Assembly (NCBI GenBank): GCA_965228475.1
Contig: OZ245817.1
Location: forward strand, 2,912,001 to 2,976,000
DNA: 64,000 nucleotides
Source: Myxococcota bacterium
Lineage (GTDB): Bacteria > Myxococcota_A > UBA9160 > JAFDDA01
Direction of reading: 5' to 3'
Made by a program: the position numbers and the translations under genes
In this document: positions 37,515-47,722 of the stretch, one piece after another
Layout of the letters: each line of letters starts with the position of its first letter
How positions within the stretch are numbered: position 1 is the stretch's first letter
Notes under the pieces: model-generated
Told to the model about the DNA's origin: nothing
What the model saw: only the letters and a program-made list of their open reading frames with translations
The model's database searches: none

Positions 37515-38216
37515 ATGACCGGAGAACACGGCCTCGAAGCCCTGCCCGGGCCGACCCTGGCAGACGAGGAAGTCATCGCGAGGGTTCGCCGCGGCGAGAC
37601 GGAGCTCTTCGAGCTGTTGATGCGGCGATACAACCAGCGGGTCTATCGCGCGGTGAGGGCCATCCTTCGCGACGGGCCCGATCTCGAGGACATCCTCCAG
37701 CAGGTGTGGCTGAGCGCCTACCTCCACCTCGACCGCTTCGAGGGACGCTCGCGCTTCTCGACGTGGCTTCATCGCATCGCCCAGAATGCCGCGCTCGATC
37801 GCACCCGGCGTCCGGTCCGGCTGGTCGCCGTCGGCGCATCTCCCGAGGCCGGGGATCCGGTAGGTGCACCCGCGGCCGACCCGGAGCGCAGCCTGCTCGC
37901 CCGCGAGCAGGCGCGCGCCATCGAACGGGCGCTCGATGCGCTGCCCGAGTCGCACCGGCGCGTCTTCGTGCTGCGCGAGGTCGAGGGCCTCTCGACGGCC
38001 GAAGTCGCCGAGGCGCTGGGTGTCGGGGAAGGCGCGGTGAAGACCCGCCTCTACCGCGCCCGCGCCGATCTGCGTGAGCGACTCGGCCGGGACGTCGGCG
38101 ACGCGACTAGCCTGGCCTTCCGATTCGGTGGATCCCGATGCGACGCGCTCGTCCGACGGGTGATGGTCCAGCTACCGGGCCTCGAATCCGGCTCGAACGG
38201 CCAGACGGACGCGTAG
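37515..38216 (+). CDS. ECF sigma factor with C-terminal FxFxGxRCD extension
   Basis: FELLMRRYNQRVYR, FSTWLHRIA, LREVEGLSTAEVA...VKTRLYRAR. Confidence 0.92.
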   Translation: MTGEHGLEALPGPTLADEEVIARVRRGETELFELLMRRYNQRVYRAVRAILRDGPDLEDILQQVWLSAYLHLDRFEGRSRFSTWLHRIAQNAALDRTRRPVRLVAVGASPEAGDPVGAPAADPERSLLAREQARAIERALDALPESHRRVFVLREVEGLSTAEVAEALGVGEGAVKTRLYRARADLRERLGRDVGDATSLAFRFGGSRCDALVRRVMVQLPGLESGSNGQTDA

Positions 38217-38359
38217 AGTGCGCCCGTCGATCCGCGGAGCGCCCGAGCCCGGAACACTGGAGCGGCCTCACCTCCGCGGGTTCCGGGGCTCTCCGACAGG
38301 CCGCGGCCACCGGAGCCGCCGACGTCGCCCACGAATCGACCCGTCCGAGGGTGTCGCTT

Positions 38360-39067
38360 TCATGGAGAACCTGATGAACCGACGGCGCGGCGCTCGCTCC
38401 CCGGCCGGACGTTCCACGTCACGATCGTCGTGACCAAGAAGAACAAAGTGAAGATCGTGGTGCCCCAGGCCGGGCGGACGTAGGCCCCGTAGGGGCCGGG
38501 CAGCATCTCGGCAAGAGGTTGCGTCGCCGGAGCAAGGATCGGGGACAGAATCGCCATCCACCGGCGATAGTGCGTCTTCCGGAACAGCACGACCGCGACG
38601 AACGCAAGCGATCCGACCGGGGCGCTCCAGGTGATGAGCTGGAGGACGGCTTCGTGGTGCGCGTGCATCCGGTCGACCATCGTCGTGAGGCTGCCGGCGA
38701 GTTCGGCCGAAGCGGCCACCTGGGCCTGAAACCCCGCCGCGTAGAGTGCGTAGGACCCGTGGTAGCCCGGGAAGATCGAGAAGGCGTACGCGAGGAAGAG
38801 AACCGGCGGCAGCGCGAACTTCCTCCCCGCCGGTTCGAGGGCCACGTAGACCGGCCAGAAACCGAGGAGCCAGAACGGGATGGCCGCGTTTCCGAGGATG
38901 CTCCCGAGGAAGACCTGGTCGTAGGGCGCTTCGGCGAGCTGGGCGTACGTATTCACCCCAGGGCCCGGTTCGGGCCCGCCTTGCAGCATGTAGTCGGCCA
39001 CGCCGTTGACGATCCCGCCTGCAACGGCCAGCAGGCCCGCGGCGCGGAGAAGGGTCGTTCCCGTCAC
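38360..39067 (-). CDS. Multi-pass membrane protein (DUF6796-like)
   Basis: About six hydrophobic helices; GTG start with RBS. Confidence 0.65.
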   Translation of the reverse strand: MTGTTLLRAAGLLAVAGGIVNGVADYMLQGGPEPGPGVNTYAQLAEAPYDQVFLGSILGNAAIPFWLLGFWPVYVALEPAGRKFALPPVLFLAYAFSIFPGYHGSYALYAAGFQAQVAASAELAGSLTTMVDRMHAHHEAVLQLITWSAPVGSLAFVAVVLFRKTHYRRWMAILSPILAPATQPLAEMLPGPYGAYVRPAWGTTIFTLFFLVTTIVTWNVRPGSERRAVGSSGSP

Positions 39068-39151
39068 GGATGCGATTCTCCCTTCCCATGTGTGCCGGCC
39101 GGGGCGGTCGAGTTCCGCGAAACGACAAGAGCCGGAGAATCCGGAAGCTCC

Positions 39152-39177
39152 GGAACTCCACTCGCCTCTCCGGCACC
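39152..39177 (+). promoter_or_regulatory. ECF-type promoter motif copy 4
   Basis: GGAACT-N13-CGGCACC; first G is 35 nt upstream of ATG 39187. Confidence 0.6.
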
Positions 39178-39186
39178 CCATGAGCG

Positions 39187-40230
39187 ATGGCGATCCTTCC
39201 GAACACGACCGGGGACGGCGCTGTGCGTTCTCTTCGCGTGCACCTGCTCACTGGCCTGCCTACAGCGTCGATCCGATGCGCCCTCGAGCAGGCCGCCGAG
39301 GCGGTCCCGACGGTGCCCCTGGCGGATCTCTCCGAGGCCGCAGCGGGAGAACCCGACACGATCGGCGTCGTACTCCCGCCCTTCGCGGAGCCTTCCTCCG
39401 TCGCCGAGAGCTGGGCCGAGTGCGACTTCCTCGCGCACCGCTTCGGGCGCCCCGCGCACGTCGCGAGCGTCTCCGCGTTCGTGGACGTCGACCTCGCGGA
39501 CGAGCACCTCGCCTCGAGTTGCTCGCTCGCCTCGCGCGGCTGGGGCCAGAGCCGCTCCGACTCACGCAGCCTCGCCGACATCCTCGTCGGGCAGATCGAG
39601 TCGGCGACACGGCTCGTACTCGTCGGCGCCGCTCCCCCTTCCGAGGCTCTCACGAGACGGCTCCGACTGCTCAACCCGGGAGCGGCCCACGTTGCGGTCG
39701 GCACGGGATCGACCTCCGACCTCGGACCGGATGCTTCCCCGTTCCAGTCGGTCCGGGTCGCCCCACCCTGGCTCGAGGTGCTGCGAGGCGGAGCCGATCC
39801 GGCGCTCCACCCCGAGCTGTTCGTGTACCTCCGCCGGCGTCCGTTCGACGCGGAACGCCTGCAGGAGTGGCTCGCGGATCCGCCGGGGGACCTTCTCCGA
39901 GGCAAGGGGAACGTCTGGCTCGCCGGCGAGCCCGTTCGGAGCTTCGGTTACTCCTGCGCGGGCTCGGTCCATCGGCTCTTCCCGGCCGGCCGGTGGTGGG
40001 CCAGCTACGCCGAAGGCGATTGGCCTCGGTGCGGCTTCGAGCGACGCCGCTTGCTCGAGCGGTGGCATCCGAGCATCGGCGATCGAAGGCAGGAGATCGT
40101 CTTCCTCGGCGTCGACCTCGACGTCGACCGGCTTTGCGCGGGCCTGGACGCATGCCTGGCGGGCGATGAGGCCGTCCAGGAGTTCGTCAGTCGCGGAGCC
40201 TCCTCGGCGAACGGCGCACGGCTTCAATGA
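39187..40230 (+). CDS. Degenerate COG0523/CobW-family protein (CobW C-terminal domain intact)
   Basis: RRPFDAERL, LLRGKGNVWLA, GDRRQEIVFLG; no Walker A or CxCC. Confidence 0.8.
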   Translation: MAILPNTTGDGAVRSLRVHLLTGLPTASIRCALEQAAEAVPTVPLADLSEAAAGEPDTIGVVLPPFAEPSSVAESWAECDFLAHRFGRPAHVASVSAFVDVDLADEHLASSCSLASRGWGQSRSDSRSLADILVGQIESATRLVLVGAAPPSEALTRRLRLLNPGAAHVAVGTGSTSDLGPDASPFQSVRVAPPWLEVLRGGADPALHPELFVYLRRRPFDAERLQEWLADPPGDLLRGKGNVWLAGEPVRSFGYSCAGSVHRLFPAGRWWASYAEGDWPRCGFERRRLLERWHPSIGDRRQEIVFLGVDLDVDRLCAGLDACLAGDEAVQEFVSRGASSANGARLQ

Positions 40231-41474
40231 CCCTCGACTGGCTGATCGTCGGAGGGGGCCCCCATGGAGTTCATACGGCGCTCCGCCTGATCGGCGAGGG
40301 CGGCGTTCCGCGCAGCCAGATCCGGATCCTGGACGATGAGCCGCATCTCCTGGCACGATGGCGGAGGGCGACACGCAACACCGGGATGAGATTCTTGCGC
40401 TCGCCCAGCGTCCACCACCTCGGGCTCTCCTCGGTATCGCTCAACCGATTCGCCGGAGGCCCGGGCCGAAAGGTGAACCGGCCCTTCACGCGCCCCTATT
40501 CCCGGCCCGCGCTCGAGCTCTTCGACCTTCATTGCGATGCCCTGATCGATCGGTACGAGCTCCAGGACCTTCACGTATGGGGGCGCGTCAACCGTCTGGA
40601 TCTCGTGAGTCCGGGCGCCCGGGTGGGCTTCGAGGATCTGGCGGCGGGCGGGCGAACCGGAGAGATCGCGGCGCGGCGCGTCGTCCTGGCCATCGGTGCG
40701 CCGCGAGAACCGGCGTGGCCCGAGTGGGCGCGGCGCGCTGTCGCCGAAGCGACCGAGCCGGAAGCATGTGATCGCATCGGCCACGTCTTCGACCCGGGCT
40801 TCGTGCTCGAGGACGACCCGGACGATTCCATCGTCGCCGTGGTCGGCGCCGGGATCTCCGGCGCGCAGCTCGCGCTTCGGCTGGCTCGGCCGGGACGGCA
40901 GGTCCTCCTGATCTCCCGGCACGCGCTCCGCGTCGAACAGTTCGACAGCGACCCGGGCTGGCAGGGGCCGAAGCACATGGCGGCCTTCGAGAAACTCGAC
41001 GATCGGAATGATCGCCGCGACCGGATCCGCGCGGCGCGGCATCGCGGCTCCATGCCGCCCGACGTGCACTCGGCGCTACGGCGTGCGACCGGCGATGGGA
41101 CGATCGAGTGCATCGAGGGCGCCGAGAAGCTCTCGGCCAGCCTCCCGGGCCAACGGGTTCTCCTCGAGGTCGATGGGCGGAAGGTCGAAGCCGATCGGGT
41201 TCTGCTCGCGACCGGCTTCCCCGGCCACCGACCGGGCGGGCCCTGGCTCGACGAGACCATCGAGGCGTTCGATCTCCCCTGCGCCGGCTGCGGCTATCCG
41301 ATCGTCGATCGCGGGTTGCGCTGGCACCCGAACCTGCTGGTGACGGGCGCACTCGCGGAACTCGAACTCGGGCCGGTCTCGCGAAACCTCTCGGGGGCGC
41401 AGCGCGCAGGAGACCGCATCCTGGCCGTCGCGCGCAGCCGGCGCGCCCGAAAGGCGGAAGGAGGCGATTCGTGA
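40227..41474 (+). CDS. FAD/NAD(P)-binding protein
   Basis: IVGGGPHG, GMRFLRSPSVHH, VVGAGISG, FDSDPGWQGPK, LLATGF, LAELELGP. Confidence 0.85.
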   Translation: MTLDWLIVGGGPHGVHTALRLIGEGGVPRSQIRILDDEPHLLARWRRATRNTGMRFLRSPSVHHLGLSSVSLNRFAGGPGRKVNRPFTRPYSRPALELFDLHCDALIDRYELQDLHVWGRVNRLDLVSPGARVGFEDLAAGGRTGEIAARRVVLAIGAPREPAWPEWARRAVAEATEPEACDRIGHVFDPGFVLEDDPDDSIVAVVGAGISGAQLALRLARPGRQVLLISRHALRVEQFDSDPGWQGPKHMAAFEKLDDRNDRRDRIRAARHRGSMPPDVHSALRRATGDGTIECIEGAEKLSASLPGQRVLLEVDGRKVEADRVLLATGFPGHRPGGPWLDETIEAFDLPCAGCGYPIVDRGLRWHPNLLVTGALAELELGPVSRNLSGAQRAGDRILAVARSRRARKAEGGDS

Positions 41475-42163
41475 CGGACTACCGTGGCCTCTACGAGAAC
41501 GATTCCTTCGTCGACGGCTACGTCAAGAACGGACCGCCCGCGTTCATGCCCGGCCACGCGGGGGTCCTTCAGATGGCGGGTATCCTCCTTCGCGAGCATG
41601 CGCCGGCGGACGCGCACGTACTCGTGGTCGGCGCCGGCGGGGGCCTCGACACGCGGGCCCTCGCCGAAGCCCAGCCGAGGTTCCGATTCCTCGGCGTCGA
41701 CCCGGCGCCGCCGATGCTCGACCTTGCCCGGCAGGTGATCGGCACCGAGCTCGGCTCACGGGTCGAGCTGATCGAAGGCGCGATCGACGACGCACCGGCA
41801 GGTCCGTTCGACGCCGCGACCTGCATCCTGGTGCTCGGCGTGATCCCGGACGACGGCTCGAAGCTCGACACCCTGCGCGCGATCCGCAGCCGGCTCCGGC
41901 CGGGCGCGCCCTTCGTGCTCGTCGACCACTGCCTCGACCGCGAAGCGCCCGAGTTCGAACGAAACCTCGAGCGCTATGCCCACTACGCCGTCGCATCCGG
42001 CGTCGAGCCCGAGGTGGTCGGAAACGCGAAGACCCACCTGCGGACGAATTCCGGCCTCATCCCGTGCGAGCGCGAAGAGGCGCTGATCGACGAGGCGGGC
42101 TTCCGGGATCGGGAACGGTTCTACGCTGGGATGGCCTGGCGGGGATGGATCGCGCTCGCATGA
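41471..42163 (+). CDS. Class I SAM-dependent methyltransferase
   Basis: VLVVGAGGG, GVDPAPPML, FDAATCILV, LRPGAPFV. Confidence 0.87.
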   Translation: MTDYRGLYENDSFVDGYVKNGPPAFMPGHAGVLQMAGILLREHAPADAHVLVVGAGGGLDTRALAEAQPRFRFLGVDPAPPMLDLARQVIGTELGSRVELIEGAIDDAPAGPFDAATCILVLGVIPDDGSKLDTLRAIRSRLRPGAPFVLVDHCLDREAPEFERNLERYAHYAVASGVEPEVVGNAKTHLRTNSGLIPCEREEALIDEAGFRDRERFYAGMAWRGWIALA

Positions 42164-42237
42164 ATTCCGGAACACCCAGGTTGCCGAGACGTCCGGGCTT
42201 GAATGTCCAAAGCCGACGCGTCTCGGGAGGAGACATC

Positions 42238-42522
42238 ATGTCCCGTGTATGCGAACTCACCGGAAAGAAGGTCCACTACGGCCGCAACGTCTCGCACTCG
42301 AACCGGAAGACGAGCCGGACGTTCGAGCCGAACCTTCAGCCGGCCCAGCTCCAGTCGGACGCTCTGGGCCGTTCGCTCCGGCTGCAGGTCTCCACGCGCG
42401 CCCTTCGAACGGTCACCAAGAAGGGCGGCCTGGACCCCTACCTCCTCGCGACCCCGGACGACAAGCTTCCGGAGCGCGCCCTGCGCCTGAAGCGGGAGAT
42501 CCAGAAGAAGCTCCGAAGCTAG
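42238..42522 (+). CDS. rpmB: 50S ribosomal protein L28 (single Cys, probable Zn-independent paralog)
   Basis: MSRVCELTGKK...GRNVSHSNRKTSRTFEPNL; GGAGG RBS. Confidence 0.93.
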   Translation: MSRVCELTGKKVHYGRNVSHSNRKTSRTFEPNLQPAQLQSDALGRSLRLQVSTRALRTVTKKGGLDPYLLATPDDKLPERALRLKREIQKKLRS

Positions 42523-42620
42523 GGGCCCAGTCCGGAAGCGACGGCAGCGCTGGGGTGACGCATGCTGCGTCCGCAAGCATTGACGGTGCAGGTATAGTGG
42601 GGCCCCTGACGGAGATCCCC

Positions 42621-45164
42621 ATGCACCGCTTCCTGCTGCGCTCCCCCCGCCTGCCCTCCTTGCTCCTCGCCGCCCTCGTCATCGCTGGGGCCGGCTGCAC
42701 CCCGCGCCCCCGATTCATCGCGCCGACCGACGGCAGCGTGGTCGCCCCGGGCGCGAGTGAGCTGACCTTGGAGATCGCGCTTCCGCCGGGGTTCGATCCG
42801 GGCGTCGGCCGCCTCCGGGTGACGCTGCTGACCGGAATCGACGATCCGCCGGCCTCGCTCGTCGACGTCTCCGACCGCTTCACGATCGACGCGGGCCGGG
42901 CGCACGCCACGCTCGTTCCCGCCGCCGACCTCCGCGAGGGCCGCAGCAGCCTGTTCGCGGCGGTGGATGCGGACGGCGACGGCGAGAGCGACACGGTCGT
43001 CGAGTCGACGATCTCCTACGAACCGGCCATCGACCTCACCGCGGCCGACCGCTGCGATTGGCTCGACCCGAGCGTGTGCCTCTATCCGTTCCCGAACGAC
43101 TTCTTCAGCGTGGCGGACGCCGCGACGGACACCGGCCGCCGCATCGCCTTCCACGAGGCCTCGATGCCCGCGAACCGCAACGGCGCGGGCGTCGACCCCA
43201 CCGAGTGGAACCGCAACGACGGCTTCAGCCCCGGACAGGCCGTGCAGCTCATGGTGCCGGAGATGGCCGTGCTGGCCTCCGGAGACCCCACGGACCCCGC
43301 CGGGCCGCGCCCCGTGCCCCTGCCCGGCACCGCGCCGGAGTGGGACGTGGCCCGCTCGCTCGCGCCGGACGCCCAGGTCGTGCTGGTCGACGCCGCGACC
43401 GGCGAGCGCGTCCCCTACTGGATGGAGCTCTCCGCGCGCACCACGCCGGAAGAGGGCCAGCCGCTGCTGATCCGGCCCGCGGTCAACTTCGCGAGCGGCG
43501 GGCGCTACCTCGTGGCCCTGCGCAATCTGCGGCGCGCGGACGGCTCGGTGATCCCGGCGCCCCGCGCCTTCCGCGTCTACCGCGACGGCGTGCCCACCTT
43601 CCTGCCCGAGGTCGAAGCGCGCCGCCCGCGCATGGAGGCCATCCTCGGCGAACTCGAGGCGCACGGCGTACCGCGCGACGACCTCTACCTCGCCTGGGAC
43701 TTCACGGTGCTCTCGAAGCGCAGCATGGGCGAGCGCATGCTCGCCATCCGCGACGACGCCTTCGCGCGCCTCGGCGAGGCGGCCCCGACCTTCGAAGTCA
43801 CCTCCGTTCAGCAGGCCGACTGGAACCGCGAGCTGCGCGCCCACGAACGCATCCGCGGCACCTTCCGCGTCCCGCTCTACGTCACCAATGGCGGCGAGCC
43901 CGGCGGCCCCGAAGCCGCTACGCGCCTCCACTGCACGGACGAGGAAGGCGCCAGCAAGCCCTTCTGCGAGGGCGACGAGCTGCCCGTCTGGACGGGCGAA
44001 TGGTACGAGGCCGACTTCTTCTGCAACCTGCCGCGCAGCGTGCGCGACGGCGGCGGCCCGGCCCGCATCGCCTTCTACGGCCACGGCCTGCTCGGCAGCG
44101 AGCGGCAGACCGGCGCGAGCTACGTCTCCACCATGGCCAACCGGCACGACATGGTCTTCTGCGGCACGCGCTGGATCGGGATGGGCGAAGACGACCTCGG
44201 CACGGTCGCCTCGATCCTGAACGACTTCTCACGCTTCCCGACGCTTCCGGACCGGTCGCACCAGGGCATCCTGAACTTCCTCTTCCTCGGGCGCCTGATG
44301 CTCCACGCGGACGGCTTCGCGAGCCACCCGGCCTTCCAGGCCTCCGACGGCACCCCGCTCCTCGACCGCAGCGAACTCTTCTACGACGGCAACAGTCAGG
44401 GCGCGATCCTCGGCGGCGCGCTCTCGGCCTTCGCCCAGGACTACACGCGCGCCGTGCTCGGCGTGCCCGGCATGAACTACAGCACCCTGCTCTTCCGCAG
44501 CGTCGACTTCGACCTCTACCTGACGCTCCTCCAGTTCAACTACCTCGAGCAGCAGCTCTACCCGCTCATGTTCGGCCTGGCGCAGATGCTTTGGGATCGC
44601 GGCGAGACCAACGGCCACGCAAACCACCTGACCCACGACCCCTACCCCGGCACGCCGCCGAAGAAGGTGCTGATGCAGGTGGCCTTCGGCGACTTCCAGG
44701 TCTCGGACACCTCCGCCCAGGTCCAGGCGCGCACCCTCGGCGTTCCCATGCATCGGCCGGGATTCGATCCCGCGGCGTTCGCCGACGAGACCCCCGCCGC
44801 CGGCGTGCGCGAGTTCTGGCAGGAGAACCCCTTCTGGGACATCCCGGCCATTCCGCCGAGCGACCCGGGCCCCCTCGCCGGCGTCGACCCGGCCGGCGTG
44901 CTCCCGGGCGCGCCGACCTACCGCTACGACGGCTCGGCCATGATCGTCTTCGACAGCGGCAGCCTGCAATCGACCCAGGCCAACCTCACGCCCGTGGGCG
45001 GCAACCCCGAGCGCTCCCCCTGCGCCATCGACCAGGGCGACGACCCGCACAGCTGCCCGCGCCGCCAGCCCGCCGCGCAGCTCCAGAAGTCCGAGTTCCT
45101 GCGCACGGGAGGGTCCATCCTCGACGTGTGCGCCGGGCAGGCCTGCCTCGCGCCGCTCGAGTGA
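42621..45164 (+). CDS. Large lipoprotein with alpha/beta hydrolase-like domain
   Basis: AGAGC lipobox; CLYPFPND, NDGFSP, GHGLLG, GNSQG, GDDPH. Confidence 0.75.
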   Translation: MHRFLLRSPRLPSLLLAALVIAGAGCTPRPRFIAPTDGSVVAPGASELTLEIALPPGFDPGVGRLRVTLLTGIDDPPASLVDVSDRFTIDAGRAHATLVPAADLREGRSSLFAAVDADGDGESDTVVESTISYEPAIDLTAADRCDWLDPSVCLYPFPNDFFSVADAATDTGRRIAFHEASMPANRNGAGVDPTEWNRNDGFSPGQAVQLMVPEMAVLASGDPTDPAGPRPVPLPGTAPEWDVARSLAPDAQVVLVDAATGERVPYWMELSARTTPEEGQPLLIRPAVNFASGGRYLVALRNLRRADGSVIPAPRAFRVYRDGVPTFLPEVEARRPRMEAILGELEAHGVPRDDLYLAWDFTVLSKRSMGERMLAIRDDAFARLGEAAPTFEVTSVQQADWNRELRAHERIRGTFRVPLYVTNGGEPGGPEAATRLHCTDEEGASKPFCEGDELPVWTGEWYEADFFCNLPRSVRDGGGPARIAFYGHGLLGSERQTGASYVSTMANRHDMVFCGTRWIGMGEDDLGTVASILNDFSRFPTLPDRSHQGILNFLFLGRLMLHADGFASHPAFQASDGTPLLDRSELFYDGNSQGAILGGALSAFAQDYTRAVLGVPGMNYSTLLFRSVDFDLYLTLLQFNYLEQQLYPLMFGLAQMLWDRGETNGHANHLTHDPYPGTPPKKVLMQVAFGDFQVSDTSAQVQARTLGVPMHRPGFDPAAFADETPAAGVREFWQENPFWDIPAIPPSDPGPLAGVDPAGVLPGAPTYRYDGSAMIVFDSGSLQSTQANLTPVGGNPERSPCAIDQGDDPHSCPRRQPAAQLQKSEFLRTGGSILDVCAGQACLAPLE

Positions 45165-45222
45165 AGGCGGGCCCGAGGCGGCCACTCGAGACCACGAGGC
45201 GGCGTGAACGCCGACGGAGTCG

Positions 45223-45783
45223 TCAGCCGGCTCCGCGCTTCCGGGCGTGCGGATCCGGCGAGCCGGAAGCCGGCTCGTTCGCTTCGGCCGAGTCCGCCTT
45301 CGCCGGATCGATCGCGCCGGTCTCGAGGATCGGCGCTGCGTCGAGCGCCTCGGCGTCCATCATGCCCGCGAGGCGCTGGAGGATCGAGAGCATCTGCGTC
45401 CGCTCCCACTCCTCGAGCCGCGCCAGCTCCCGCTGGAATCGATCCTGGAGGAGCGAGGGAGCCTCGCGGAGCGTTCGGCCGCCCTGGGGCGTCAGGCTCA
45501 CGAACACGGAGCGGCGATCCTGTTCGCTGCGCTCGCGGCGAACCAGGCCACGCTTCTCGAGGCGCTCGAGGATGCCGCTCACGGTCGGCTGACTCAGGCT
45601 GACGGATCGAGCCAGCGCGCTAATGGATGCGCCACTCAGCCGCCCGACCGCGCGCAACACCACGAGCTGCGGGCCGGTGAGGCCGCAGGCGTCCATCATC
45701 CGCCGCGACTGGAGATCGATGGCGCGAACGATGCGCCGCAGGGCCGAGACGATGTCTTCCTCGATCGGATCCGGCGTCGCCAT
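45223..45783 (-). CDS. MarR family regulator (EctR/CosR-like)
   Basis: LRRIVRAIDLQSR...GLTGPQL...LSQPTVSGILERLE...DRR. Confidence 0.9.
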   Translation of the reverse strand: MATPDPIEEDIVSALRRIVRAIDLQSRRMMDACGLTGPQLVVLRAVGRLSGASISALARSVSLSQPTVSGILERLEKRGLVRRERSEQDRRSVFVSLTPQGGRTLREAPSLLQDRFQRELARLEEWERTQMLSILQRLAGMMDAEALDAAPILETGAIDPAKADSAEANEPASGSPDPHARKRGAG

Positions 45784-45973
45784 GCTCCTACCTTACCGAA
45801 ACGAGGGCGCCCTTCCGGCGGCGGCCGCGATCGCCGGTTGCGTTCAGCACTATCGATTCCCCCTGGGGGATCCATCTTTTGCGATGAGTCGTTCGGAGTC
45901 AATGAATCGCACAAATATCTGTTTTTCAAAGACTCTATGGCTCTTTTCGACGATATCGGGCGGCGAATCTGCA

Positions 45974-46002
45974 TTGAAGGCAATCCTTTCATGGCATAGC
46001 TT
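45974..46002 (+). promoter_or_regulatory. Candidate sigma70 promoter of the betaine operon
   Basis: TTGAAG-N17-TAGCTT in an AT-rich spacer. Confidence 0.4.
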
Positions 46003-46051
46003 AGGTGCCCGTCGCGACACCCAACGTGCGACGCGAGGGGGCTCGATCGCC

Positions 46052-46877
<826 letters not shown>

Positions 46878-46885
<8 letters not shown>

Positions 46886-47714
46886 CGACGGCAGCTCCGT
46901 TGCCGAGACGACCGAGGCCTACTACGACAGCTCGGAGGCCGACGCGTTCTACGCTGCCATCTGGGGCGGCCACGACATCCACATCGGGATCTACGCGGGA
47001 GAAGACGATTCGGTCCACGAGGCCAGCCGCCGCACCGTGGCGACGATGGCCGATCGCCTGGAGGGCATCGGCGACGGCTCGACCGTCCTCGATCTCGGAT
47101 CCGGCTACGGGGGCTCGGCACGCGCGCTCGCCGAGCGCTTCGGCTGCAGCGTCGCCTGCCTGAACCTCAGCGAGGTCCAGAACGAGCGCAACCGCGCGCT
47201 GTGCCGCACCGCCGGCCTCCAGGAGCGGATCGAGGTGATCCACGGCAGCTTCGAAGCGATCCCCGGTGAGCCGGACCGGTACGACGCCGTCTGGTCCCAG
47301 GACGCCATCCTGCACAGCGGCAATCGCGAGCGCGTGCTCTCCGAGGTCGCCCGCGTCCTCCGGCCCGGCGGCCAGTTCATCTTCACCGACCCGATGCAGA
47401 CCGACGATTGCCCGCCCGACGTGCTTCAGCCGGTACTCGATCGCATCCACCTCGACTCCCTCGCCTCCCCCGGCTTCTACCGCAAGAGCCTCTCGGGGCT
47501 CGGGTTCGAGGAGATCGGCTGGGCCGAGATGCCGGAACAGCTCGGGAGGCACTACGCCACGGTGCGGGCCGAGCTCCTGGCGCGCCGCGAAGAAATGGTG
47601 GCGCGCTGCGGGAGCGACTACGTCACGCGCATGCTCGAGGGGCTCGGCCACTGGGTCGAAGCGGCCGATCGCGGCTACCTGACCTGGGGCATCCACCACT
47701 TCCGCCTCCGATAG
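46878..47714 (+). CDS. sdmt: Sarcosine/dimethylglycine N-methyltransferase
   Basis: YYDSSEADAFY...WGGHDIHIG, LDLGSGYGG, WSQDAILHSG, FTDPMQ. Confidence 0.9.
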
Positions 47715-47722
47715 ACGCCGCG

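Noticed and set aside
38238..38292. Extended imperfect hairpin between convergent genes
   Set aside because: Most simply a bidirectional terminator; no ncRNA signature recognised.
29517..42195. GGAA(T/C)-N15/16-CGTCC sites before the His lipoprotein (29517) and rpmB (42169), plus a GGAACC before the TonB receptor
   Set aside because: Plausible ECF promoters, but the -10 and spacing do not match the CGGCRCY motif, so they were not counted in the regulon.
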